32,000 bases of DNA from Candidatus Midichloria mitochondrii IricVA. Its GTDB lineage: Bacteria; Pseudomonadota; Alphaproteobacteria; Rickettsiales; Midichloriaceae. This document shows, one piece after another, positions 18,780 to 28,666 of this stretch. Every line of letters starts with the position of its first letter. The first letter of the stretch is position 1. Where the stretch lies: positions 900,001 through 932,000 of the forward strand of contig NC_015722.1 in assembly GCF_000219355.1 (NCBI RefSeq), read 5' to 3'. Made by a program: the position numbers and the translations under genes. Below the pieces are notes generated by a model. That model saw only the letters and a program-made list of their open reading frames with translations, ran no database searches and was not told the origin of the DNA.

Positions 18780-19781
18780 TTACGCAGGCTTAGAGCCGGT
18801 AATGAAGACTATAGAAGCAACTAAAACTACCCAAAAGAGAGTTAGGGGCAGTAGCACCTTCCATCCCAACCTCATTAATTGGTCGTAACGGTAACGTGGT
18901 AAGGAAGCTCTAACCCAAATAAATACAAATAAACAAAATAAAATTTTTATGACAAACCAGACAACCCCTGGAATAAAACTTAAATAAAGCAAGCCAAAAG
19001 GAGGGAGCCAGCCACCTAAAAACAAAATGGTTGCAATTGCAGACATTAATATCATATTTGCATATTCTCCTAAGAAGAAAAGTGCAAATGCGGTTGAAGA
19101 ATATTCAACGTTATAGCCTGCCACTAGCTCTGATTCAGCTTCCGGTAGATCAAATGGATGCCTATTTGTTTCTGCCAGTATAGAAATAAAAAAAACCGCA
19201 AACATTGGCAAAAGAAGCAGTCGTAAATAAAGAGGCATGTCCTGTTGAACTAGTACTATTTGTTTTAAATTCATGGTTTGAGTTACGATAAGAACAGTTA
19301 CTATACAAAGTCCAATAGATACTTCATAAGATACCATTTGCGCAGCCGATCTAATAGCCCCTAAAAATGCGTACTTAGAATTACTTGCCCAACCTGCAAT
19401 AATAATGCCATAAACACCTAAAGATGATATAGCAAGAAGATAAAGCACTCCGACGTTTATATCGGCAATTACAAAATCTGAAATGGGGATCACCGCCCAC
19501 CCTATCATTGCGAGAGAAAAGGTAATAGCAGGGGCTAAAAAGAATAGCAATTTGTCAGAGTGAGCTGGTATAATAGGCTCTTTGAAGATTAATTTGACTG
19601 CATCTGCAATTGGTTGTAGTAACCCAAAAGGTCCAGTAACATTTGGCCCTAACCTAAGCTGCATCCAACCAATTACTTTACGTTCCATTAAAGTAAGATA
19701 GGCTACAGATAAAATTAATGGTACTAGTAAAGCTAGAATTTTTAATAAGATTGTGCTGATGCTCTCAAAAAATTCCACCAT
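18780..19781 (-). CDS. nuoH: NADH-quinone oxidoreductase subunit H
   Basis: 333 aa polytopic protein. [19 protein letters not shown] and [25 protein letters not shown] are NuoH/ND1 signature blocks. Confidence 0.95.
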   Translation of the reverse strand: MVEFFESISTILLKILALLVPLILSVAYLTLMERKVIGWMQLRLGPNVTGPFGLLQPIADAVKLIFKEPIIPAHSDKLLFFLAPAITFSLAMIGWAVIPISDFVIADINVGVLYLLAISSLGVYGIIIAGWASNSKYAFLGAIRSAAQMVSYEVSIGLCIVTVLIVTQTMNLKQIVLVQQDMPLYLRLLLLPMFAVFFISILAETNRHPFDLPEAESELVAGYNVEYSSTAFALFFLGEYANMILMSAIATILFLGGWLPPFGLLYLSFIPGVVWFVIKILFCLFVFIWVRASLPRYRYDQLMRLGWKVLLPLTLFWVVLVASIVFITGSKPA

Positions 19782-19829
19782 ATAAAACTAACCTAAAAAT
19801 CCGCCTTTTTACTATACTAACTATACTTT

Positions 19830-21504
19830 TTAGCAATAGCAAATGCTTTGCAATCGATTTCTCTCTTCTGCGGTTAAGTGTGGAGACATTTTTTCAAAAA
19901 CTTTCTGGTTATAGTTTTGTAACCAAGCTTTTTCTCTATTATCAAGAAGGTCAAAATCTACTAAATTATGAGGTATTGGCACAAGGGTTAACGTTTCAAA
20001 TTCTAAAAATCCTTTTGTTTCAGACTCTACAACTAACATCAAATTTTCAATACGTATTCCATATGCCCCTTCTTTATAATAACCTGGCTCATTAGATGTT
20101 ACCATACCTACTCTTAAAGGAGCAGAGCCCGACCTGCTAAAAGTTCTTGGTCCTTCATGCACGGATAAGAAATATCCAACTCCATGTCCTGTACTATGTC
20201 CATAGTCTAAGCCGTACTGCCATAAGTCAAGGCGCGCTAAAGAATCCAACTGTGCTCCGTTAGTACCGATTGGGAATTTTAATTGAGAAAGCCTAATTAA
20301 CCCCTTTAATACTAGTGTATAATTCCTTTTTTGCTCAGTATTTGGGCCACCAAAGCAAAAAGTTCTGGTAACGTCAGTAGTACCAAATTTATATTGGCCT
20401 CCAGAATCAAGTAAATATAAGTTATCTTTAGTAATAGTTTTATCAGTTTTCTTGCTCGGCTTATAGTTAAATCTACAAAATTTTTTGCCATTTGCCTAAA
20501 TTTTAAAAATTCCTCAGCAGCTGATATTTCTGTGACCTTACCTATGTGGACATCGAGCCACATATAAACCTGCATAAGGCAGACCGTCTAAAAAGTGAGT
20601 TTGCTTTATATTTTCTATCTCAACTTCGTTTTTACAAGCCTTTAAGGATTCCATAATATCTTCCTTGATGAATAGGCCGGTACCCACAGTTTCCTTAAAC
20701 CAATAAGAGACCGCAGTACTCGCTTGTATTGTAGAACCTGAAATAATTAGCTCAATAAAGAATTCTTTTATTTGGTTTAATTTAAGTACTTCTACTCCCT
20801 CTATTTTTTCAGCGACAAAATCAGAAAAGAGATAAACCTCACCCGTTTTTTTAATTATCAGATAAGCTAAAATTAGAGGCGAGTACTTAATATCAAAGCC
20901 TCTAATATTGAGTAGCCAACATATTGAATCTAGTTGAGTAACTAAAAGGTAATCTACATTTTTATCCATTTTTGAGAGTAGCTGCTCCAGTTTTTCCCCA
21001 GTGGACAACTCAGCATCTTTTTTAGCTAACCTTAAGATTTTTTTAGATTCTAACTTGGGTTTATCTGCACAAATCAAGTCTACTAAATTTTCTTTGATAC
21101 CTTGTAGTTGAATATTTTCCCCCCGAAAACATTCTTTGATGATATTGCATACTGTTAACGCTCTCAATCATAGGGTCATAGACCAATACGCAAGATCCAT
21201 TGATTATTTTAGCGACCTTGCTTCCAGGAAGCCTCATCTGCCATATCCAATATTTGATACTTGTTTCCTAATTGTTGTGCGGCTTGAAGAAGATATCTGC
21301 TATCAGTTAAAAATATTAATTTCTCTTCTTTAATAATTAAGAGTCCGTTCGATCCAGTAAAACCCGTTAACCATTCCAACCTTTGCAAAGATTTGGGGGG
21401 GGGTATTCACTTCTAAACTCGTCATAGCTTGGAACTAAATAACCATCGATATTATATTGTTTCAGTAAATCTCTTAGTTTAGTAATGCGGTTAAAACTAT
21501 TCAT
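19830..21504 (-). pseudogene. pepP: Xaa-Pro aminopeptidase (aminopeptidase P, three-domain type), with at least 5 frameshifts
   Basis: The ATG is at 21504 (MNSFNRITKLRDLLKQYNIDGYLVPSYDEF...). Collinear blocks then appear in shifting frames: RLEWLTGFTGSNG, NLVDLICADKPK, LYLLDSGGQYKFGTTDVTRTF, GHSTGHGVGYFLSVHEGP and SNEPGYY..GIRIEN. Only the catalytic C-terminal third (about 20470-19830) is in a single frame. Confidence 0.85.
21395..21403. repeat. G9 homopolymer (C9 on the coding strand) causing the first pepP frameshift
   Basis: Counted directly. With 9 C the frame reads EYPPPNLCKGWNG-stop. With 10 C (or 7) it would read EYPPPKSLQRLEWLTGFTGS, the conserved continuation. Confidence 0.85.
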
Positions 21505-21570
21505 TATCAGCAACCTTCCGGCCAGTATAGATATACCATTATAATTACTGCAAAACTATTAATTGGAGAA

Positions 21571-22399
21571 ATGAAAAGTATTCTTACAAAGATATTAAAA
21601 TGCGATTTTAAAAGTTTTTTACATAAATCTTTTAATACATTGCATCATAATCAAGAATTTTTTAAATAATTGGCATCTTGACTTAATTTTAATATTCCTC
21701 CTCGGTCCTTAAAATCGATCTGTGTAAGTGTTGCTTGGTCTGTTCGGCTCTTAGCTTAAAAATCCTGCTTTATAAAATTATAAGTGCAAGCTACAGTCAA
21801 GCTCTTAGCATAAAGCACGAATTGGATTGTAGAAAAATAATATTGTCCGATTGGTATAGAAAAAGTTTTCCTAACACTCAGATATTGAGGGGAGAAAACA
21901 GTAAACGTAAGTTTGTAACGAATAAAAATGGATTTCGTCTCGCAACTTCAATGGGAGGTACTTTGGACAGGTAAAGGGCAGATTTTTAATAGTTATGACC
22001 CACTGACTCCAATGCAAGCGCTTAGCAATTCCTTTAGAAAACGTGCTAACATTTGGTTTGAACAAACCTTTACTTCAAGGTTAAATGATCAAAAAAAGGG
22101 AGCAATCATTGTGGTAATGCAAAGATTGCATGTAAAAGACTTAACGGGATTTCTACTAGAAAAGGATCCTCATAATTGGCAACTCTTAGGCCTGCCGCTA
22201 ATAGCTAAGATGGACGAGGTAGTGACTCATCACAATTTCTCTTGTAAACAAAAGGTGGGTGAGTATCTGCATAGTAATAGGGATGGAGAAATAGAGAGTC
22301 TAAAAAAAGCCATTGGGCACATATGCATTTTCAGCACAATACCAACAAAACCCCATACAAATTGAGGGCGGTATTATCAAGAATAGTTGGCTTAAATAA
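21571..22399 (+). pseudogene. Phage terminase large subunit (ATPase domain), frameshifted or deleted and 3'-truncated by IS982 copy B
   Basis: Ordered blocks appear across frames: NWHLDLI, NIPPRSLKS, SVAW, IISASYSQALSIKH, WYRKSFP, RLATSMGGTL-TGKG, WFEQTFTSRLNDQKKGAIIVVMQRLHVKDLTGFLL and FSAQYQQNPIQIEGGIIKNSWLK. The frame ends at a TAA (22397-22399) lying in the IS terminal sequence. Family assignment is from memory of terminase motifs. Confidence 0.6.
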
Positions 22400-23010
22400 C
22401 CCCAGTTTGAGGTAAGTTTTAAAGAAATTATCTGATATGGCTTCAAAGAAGCTGTGTAATCATTAAGTTTTTCTCAATTTCACGATAAATAAGAAAAGTG
22501 GTTCCCCTAGTAGAAATATTTTGTTTGATTGATGATTTTTGCAAGCAACAACTCATGTACCAAAGATCCTTAAGAAACTCGCAGAGACAAAGGAAACGAG
22601 AGTCTGGGATGATGCTTTCCGAAGTTATAACGATCCTCGTTTTGTTTCATTTGAGGGCATTACCGGATTCAAAGATTTTTACCTAAACTGTTTTCAAACC
22701 TCTCTCAGAGAGGAATTGCCAAAGCTTGTCAGCTACAATCGCTTTGTTGAGCTGATGCGAGACGCGGTCATCCCGTTGGTCATTCTGCTGAATTGCTGCA
22801 AAGGGAAACAAACAGGTACGTTGACTCAACAAAAAGCTGGAAGGTTTGTCATAACTTACGTACTAGCCGTAATAAGGTCTTTAAGGCATCGCTCGCCAAT
22901 CAATTTCTTGGCAGACTCTGACATCGATAGAACATTCATACAACCCTATTTATCTCTTCTCACTTAATTCTATTTTGCCTATTTTAACGTCATAAAAGTT
23001 AGGTTGAATC
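22393..23010 (+). mobile_element. IS982-family insertion sequence, copy B, with an internal deletion, a frameshift and a diverged 3' end
   Basis: The 5' end TAAATAACCCCAGTTTGAGGTAAGT and the next roughly 180 nt are near-identical to the reverse complement of copy A. It encodes VVPLVEIFCLIDDFCKQQL..., MLSEVITILVLFH and FKDFYLN...LPKLVSYNRFVELM. It lacks about 347 nt corresponding to copy A 7067-7413. The right boundary is uncertain, with a degenerate IR-like AACGTCATAAAAGTTAGGTTG near 22986-23006. Confidence 0.7.
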
Positions 23011-23272
23011 ACACTATCAAAAGCAACATTTTATCTTTATCGACTTTTAAGTGATAAATCCTGTTTCTTATATTTGGTGAATCTTCTATAGTTGCAGCCA
23101 TATTTCTAAATTGAGTCTTTATTTAGACTACAGTATAGTACTCTACTATGCGCACCAGGAAGATCAGAGGATTCAAAATTAGGATATATTGATACTTAAT
23201 TATTTATTGGATTTAGTATAGTTTTAGGTATGATAAAGAAACTAAAATTTGCGGTTATAATTCAAAACAAAG

Positions 23273-24022
23273 ATGAAACGGTTTAAAGGCAAAGGTGCTA
23301 TTTTCTTTTTTATTTTAGTAATACAAGGATGTAGTCACCATGATAAACAAGTTATTGTCACAGATCCAAAGGCTTTATATGAAGGATCACTGGTCCTAAT
23401 TCAAAAGGAAGATTTTGGACAAGCAATCAAGAACTTTGATGCTATTGATAGAGATTTTCCTGCCTCAGAATTTGCAGTGAAATCAAATATGATGAAAAGT
23501 TATGCTTTTTACTTAAAAGGCGAATTAATAGATGCCATTTTTGCTGCTGAGGATTTTATTAAAAAATATCCAGCCCACCCAAACGTAGATTATATGTATT
23601 ATATGAAAGCACTGTGCGAATATGATCAAATAGTTGACGTTGAGCGTGATCAAAAACAAACTATCAAAGCTAAAGAAGCTCTTGAAGAATTGATCATTAA
23701 ATACCCTTACTCTAAATACGTTGAAGATGCCAAACAGAAAAGGCTCTATACCTATAATGCAATAGCTGGAAAAGAGATGGCTATCGCTGCTCTTTATCAA
23801 AATCAAGGAAAACTAATCCCAGCATTAATCCGTTATAGAGCAATTGTAAAAGATTACAACGATACCATCTTTATAGAAGAAGCACTATATAGAATGACTG
23901 AAATATATTATAAAATGGGAATCAAAAAGGATGCTAAAATGTATGCGGCGGTCTTAGGTTATAATTACCCAAGCTCGCCATGGTATAAGAAGGCCTACGA
24001 TTTGATGCAAAAAACAAAATGA
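23273..24022 (+). CDS. bamD: Outer membrane protein assembly factor BamD (TPR lipoprotein)
   Basis: 249 aa. The signal/lipobox-like sequence FFFILVIQGC is followed by TPR-like helical repeats with the typical BamD layout (FP.S.....A......Y; YP.HP..DY..Y). The gene ends in an ATGA overlap with murC. Confidence 0.8.
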   Translation: MKRFKGKGAIFFFILVIQGCSHHDKQVIVTDPKALYEGSLVLIQKEDFGQAIKNFDAIDRDFPASEFAVKSNMMKSYAFYLKGELIDAIFAAEDFIKKYPAHPNVDYMYYMKALCEYDQIVDVERDQKQTIKAKEALEELIIKYPYSKYVEDAKQKRLYTYNAIAGKEMAIAALYQNQGKLIPALIRYRAIVKDYNDTIFIEEALYRMTEIYYKMGIKKDAKMYAAVLGYNYPSSPWYKKAYDLMQKTK

Positions 24023-25443
24023 ACCTCAAGCATTTTTATAATCACAAAGTTCACTTAATAGGAATCGGCGGCATAGGCATGAGCGCTATAGCAGAAATTC
24101 TTTCCAAAGGCGGAGTAAAAGTCCAAGGTTCTGACGTAAGCGAAACTTATATTACTGAACATCTTAAAAAAATTGGGGTAGAAGCAACAATCGGCCATAG
24201 CCCAGATAACCTTAAAGATGCCTCACTTATAATAAGATCAACAGCAATTAAGGATGATCATATTGAAGTGGTTGAAGCCAAAAAGCGTTCCCTTAAAGTC
24301 CTTCATCGAGCTGAGGCTCTGGCTGAAATACTAAAGGGCCTTAAAACAGTTGCCATTACTGGAACTCATGGAAAATCAACAACAACCGCGCTTACTGGAG
24401 CAATTTGCTTTGAAGCAGGCTTGAGTCCAATCATAGTAAACGGCGCTTTTATGAAGCGATTTTCTAGCAATGTCTTGACTAGCACTGGCAATTTAGCTGT
24501 TATAGAGTCTGATGAATCGGATGGAAGTTTTTTAGTCCTCCCCTCTGATTTAGCGGTAGTTACTAATATGGACGCAGAACATTTAGATTATTATGGCTCC
24601 ACTGAGCGAATGCAAGCAAGCTATAAAAAATTTATCTTAAAGACAATTGATACGGGTTTTTGTTTTATATGCAACGATCATTTGAAATTGTCTAGACTTT
24701 CTAAAGATATTAATAATTCTAATATAATAACTTATGCAATTAATACTGAGGCCGGCATAAGGGCTAGTAATATTGAGGTTACTGAAAATGGTACAAAATT
24801 TAATTTAGTCTTTAGCCAAACCTTTGCGGAAAAATTTTCTGTTAAATCATTACAAGAAAAAAATTTGTTTTTGTCGTTATACGGACAACACAACGTTTAT
24901 AATGCACTTGCAGCCTTAGGAATTGGCTTAGCTTTGGGTATTAGTATTGATAAAATTAGAGAGAGCTTAAAAAATTTTGGGGGAGTTAAGAGACGCTTTA
25001 CTAAAGTAGGAATAGTTGACGGAGTTATGATAGTAGATGACTATGCCCATCATCCAGCAGAAATTCAAGCTACTCTTTCCGTTGCAAGGCGTATAGCAAA
25101 AATGCGATCCGGTAATGTAATAGCTGTGATGCAGCCCCATCGCTATAGTAGACTTCTTAAACTTATGGACGAATTCGCAGCCTCTTTCGCCGATGCTGAT
25201 TTTGTAATATTGACCGAAGTATATGGAGCTGGGGAAACAAAAATAGAAAATGTTAATTCAGAAAGTTTAAGAGACAAAATTACGCATAATAGCAAAGAAG
25301 TTATTGGAATTTGCCGCCAGTACGATGAGTTAAAACCTATGCTACAAAAAATTGCCAAGCCAAATGATATAGTAGTTACGATAGGAGCAGGTGATATTAC
25401 CAAATGGGCCTATAAACTAGTAGCCTCGAACAGCCTGGAATAG
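24019..25443 (+). CDS. murC: UDP-N-acetylmuramate--L-alanine ligase
   Basis: 474 aa with HLIGIGGIGMSAIAEIL, the P-loop ITGTHGKSTTTAL, DDYAHHP and a Mur ligase C-terminal domain. Confidence 0.95.
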   Translation: MNLKHFYNHKVHLIGIGGIGMSAIAEILSKGGVKVQGSDVSETYITEHLKKIGVEATIGHSPDNLKDASLIIRSTAIKDDHIEVVEAKKRSLKVLHRAEALAEILKGLKTVAITGTHGKSTTTALTGAICFEAGLSPIIVNGAFMKRFSSNVLTSTGNLAVIESDESDGSFLVLPSDLAVVTNMDAEHLDYYGSTERMQASYKKFILKTIDTGFCFICNDHLKLSRLSKDINNSNIITYAINTEAGIRASNIEVTENGTKFNLVFSQTFAEKFSVKSLQEKNLFLSLYGQHNVYNALAALGIGLALGISIDKIRESLKNFGGVKRRFTKVGIVDGVMIVDDYAHHPAEIQATLSVARRIAKMRSGNVIAVMQPHRYSRLLKLMDEFAASFADADFVILTEVYGAGETKIENVNSESLRDKITHNSKEVIGICRQYDELKPMLQKIAKPNDIVVTIGAGDITKWAYKLVASNSLE

Positions 25444-25586
25444 AAAGCGAGCTTATAGCTATTCCTCTTGCACTTGTATAATTCTTTCACTGTTGATAAG
25501 TAGATGTGCACCAAGAAAGCTAGATAAAGCGAGTTTGCAACTGAAAATGCCCCGCCTTCTGGCCTATTAGCAAGCGAAGTAACTCT

Positions 25587-26819
25587 TCATTTACTAGAGG
25601 TATATATATTGCCAGCTATAAAACCTGGTGAGACCACATTTGCTCCAGAAATTCTTGAATTGGCCAAACTTGTTATTTCTTTATTATCTATATGCATCAG
25701 TCTCTTTCTTGGCTCCATGCTAATAACATGCAATTGATGCAAGTGTTCTTTTGAAAACTCCAACAAACCCTTTAAGTCTCTCTTTTGAATAGGAGTAGAA
25801 ATCTTCACTTCAAATGCATGATTTTGAAATACAAAGTCGACTTCATAGCCTTCTTTTGTACACCAAAAGCTTATCTCTTCTCTTTTGTCAGAGAAAGCTC
25901 GATAAGCCATAAGTTCAAGTAAAAAGTAGTGCTCAAACGCTCTGCTTGCTTCTTCTCCAATCATATCTCGGTATTCATAACGTCTTAGGTAATTAGCTAT
26001 TCCTATATCAAATAGATAAAATTTTGGCATGTGTGATATAACTTGCCTTATTCGAGTGTTTACTGTAGGGCGCTATATAATACCCTAAATACATATCAAC
26101 TAGAATTTCAAAATAAAGCGCGCGCACTGTTTTACTATCTACCCCTGTATCTCTCGCTATATCGCTATGATTAATAATCTTGCCATGACAACACCCAAGA
26201 ATATCCAAAAATCTTGCGAAATTATCTCTTTTCCTTAGGTTAGCCTCAGATCGCACTTCGGGTAAAATGTAATCAAATATACGCAGGATAAGCTCTTTTG
26301 AACTTGAGTTTTTGCCAGATAATGGTTCGGTATTAAGCCATTATTGAAAATTCTCTGCCAATTGAGCTCCTTAAGTTCTGCGTAATAAAATGGTAGAAAC
26401 AGAAACCGCCCAAGCTCTTCCCTCCCAGTAAATTTGCACCGGTAGCCTTTAATCTTCTAGCGCTTGAACCACATAACACAAACTGTTTACCAGGGTACAG
26501 CTCTATTAAACGATGTACTCCATCTAATAACGCAGGAATTTTCTGTACCTCATCTATGATAACAACCGTCTTATTGGGATGGGCTAGTAGTTCACCTTCA
26601 AGTCGGCTTGGGTTTTTTTATATACTGTTGAAAAACTCGCGAGTCTAATAGATCAATAAACAACCCATTTTTAAATTTCTCATGTAAGTATGTTGATTTT
26701 CCGGTTTTTCTTGTGCCCCAGAGAAAACACGATTGGACCCTGGGGTAATTCAATTTCAAGGTAACTCTTAATTAAAGCCAAAGAATACCATCCTAAAATA
26801 TCGTATATATTTGGATCAT
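25587..26819 (-). pseudogene. AAA+ ATPase of the COG1373 type (AAA_14 plus DUF4143), multiply frameshifted
   Basis: My translation from the ATG at 26819 recovers LWGTRKTGKSTYL (P-loop), VVIIDEVQKIPALLDGV (Walker B), FVLCGSSARRLK and LLGG. It also recovers NFARFLDILGCCHGKIINHSDIARDTGVDSKTVRALYFEILVDMYL (DUF4143) and PKFYLFDIGIANYL...GYEVDFVF..AFEVK. These lie in at least 4 different frames, and one shift is at an A7 tract (26613-26619). Confidence 0.8.
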
Positions 26820-26889
26820 ATTCCTAGTATATATCTTTTCAACTGTTAAATTTATACACACTAAAGTCCACAGCACTATAGCTTTCTTT

Positions 26890-27429
26890 TTATATATCAA
26901 CAGTCTTTAACTCTCCCAAAAAGCTTTGGGTACGCATTTTTGAGGAAGTATTATAAACCCCCCTTGTAGTCATACAGTGGTGCTCTGCTTCAACTATCAC
27001 GCCAACCCCCTTGGCCTCTAATTCATTAAAAATAGCATGAGCAATTTGAGCTGTCATTCTTTCTTGGATTTGCAGCCTTTTCGAAAATACTTCAACCAAT
27101 CTAGCTAATTTACTAATTCCTACTACCTTTTTATTGGGCAGGTAAGCAATATGCACGACTCCTATAATGGGCGCCATATGGTGTTCGCAAAATGACTCAA
27201 ATCTTATATCTTTCAAAACAACAACTTCTTTATAATCAGCGATTTCTGAGAAGGAAACGTTTAATATTTCCTTTGGATCTTGTTTATAGCCACTAAAATA
27301 CTCCTCGTAGCTTTCAACTACACGCATAGGAGTCTCCATTAAACCTTCTCTTGTTGGATCCTCTCCTATCCATTTCAAAATAGTTTTAATTGCTTCAAGC
27401 GCATCGTTTTTAGTAACTTTTTTATTCAT
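26890..27429 (-). CDS. folE: GTP cyclohydrolase I
   Basis: 179 aa with FCEHHMAPIIGVVHIAYLP, VVGISKLARLVEVFSKRLQIQERMT and EAEHHCMTTRGV. Confidence 0.95.
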   Translation of the reverse strand: MNKKVTKNDALEAIKTILKWIGEDPTREGLMETPMRVVESYEEYFSGYKQDPKEILNVSFSEIADYKEVVVLKDIRFESFCEHHMAPIIGVVHIAYLPNKKVVGISKLARLVEVFSKRLQIQERMTAQIAHAIFNELEAKGVGVIVEAEHHCMTTRGVYNTSSKMRTQSFLGELKTVDI

Positions 27430-27432
27430 AAT

Positions 27433-27840
27433 TTAATAAGAGATATTTATTATTCTTTGATCCGGTGCATCAGTAAAGTTGATATACACCTTTATCGCAT
27501 CACTTGGCAACATATTTGCTGCAATTTCAGGCCATTCTATGATAGAAATACTAGAATCCAAAGCTTCATTTAGTCCTATATAATTCAGCTCTTCTAAATT
27601 TTTTATCCTATACAAATCAAAATGAGAGACATGATTATTTTTGCCCTCATAAGTTTGTATAATATTAAATGTTGGACTGGTTGCTTCTTCATTACCAGTT
27701 AGCTCTTTTATCAACGCTTTAGAAAAGGTAGTCTTGCCTGCCCCCAAATTACCAAACAGACATACCACTGTACCTCTTTTTACTTTTTTCGCTAACGTGA
27801 TAGCGACATCTTGCACTTCCGATAAAGTACATTTTATCAT
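27433..27840 (-). CDS. tsaE: tRNA threonylcarbamoyladenosine (t6A) biosynthesis ATPase TsaE
   Basis: 135 aa with the P-loop LFGNLGAGKTTFSKAL, SPTFNIIQTY, HFDLYRI and EWPE. Confidence 0.9.
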   Translation of the reverse strand: MIKCTLSEVQDVAITLAKKVKRGTVVCLFGNLGAGKTTFSKALIKELTGNEEATSPTFNIIQTYEGKNNHVSHFDLYRIKNLEELNYIGLNEALDSSISIIEWPEIAANMLPSDAIKVYINFTDAPDQRIINISY

Positions 27841-27849
27841 CGCACAGAT

Positions 27850-28666
27850 TTATTTTTCTATATAGTAGTCAACGCTTGCAACAACTCTCAGTACTTTTTC
27901 TATAAAACAAGCTTCATTGCTGCTATATTGACCATATCCGGCGCGTGGGTCAATGCCCGCACCGCTCGCTGTTGCTTCTCTAGAGTATATACCAAAGGCG
28001 CCCTGGGAGGCATATTTTATACCTCCTACTCTACTATTTGAAGGCTTAAGTAATTGCTCCGCGGCCTTTTGAGCTTCTTGCATTGCCTCAGATGACATCT
28101 CTGGTTTTACTTCATTTAGCTTTGTAAATAAATATCTTGGGGAATAAGAACTGTTATAGCCATCATAAGAAAGGGTTACGCCCTCTTTCAATAACTCATT
28201 TATATTTTTGCTAGCCCTCGTGTACAGCTTCCACATTAGAGCTCTTTATTATCAATTGATGATCGATAGAGAAGCGCTTAGCTTTATTATGTTCATCATA
28301 AAATCTTTGCGCCAACTTATCATACACCCGCATGATGTCTTGCTCTATTTCATTGTCCTCAATATCATATTTTTTAAGATAGGCAAAAATCTTTCTTACA
28401 TCTATATCAATTTTGTCTTTAACAGATTCGAGGTCATCTCCGGTCTCACTAATTGGAATAACCCAAATTGCAGAATCTGCCCTTACAACTCTTTCAGCCA
28501 GACCCTTGACTGAGACCGATTCTTGGTTTTTTTGTGTATTAATTAAACCATTTCTTATTATAATCGAGCTAGTCAATATCATAGCAAATGCTGCTATTAT
28601 GGTGCCACACCTACTGCCCCACTTTTTATGATCAGCACTATACTCGATATCTTTTGTCCTTTTCAT
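27850..28666 (-). pseudogene. SIMPL-domain (DUF541) protein with an N-terminal membrane anchor, split by one frameshift near 28211-28236
   Basis: The track ORFs 28211-28666 and 27850-28236 overlap by 26 nt in different frames. Joined, they read ...VSVKGLAERVVRADSAIWVIPI...SSNVEAV/YTRASKNINELLKEGVTL...YLFTKLNEVKPEM...GGIKYASQGAFGI...VLRVVASVDYYI. This matches my recollection of the SIMPL family pattern. Family assignment is by eye. Confidence 0.55.
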
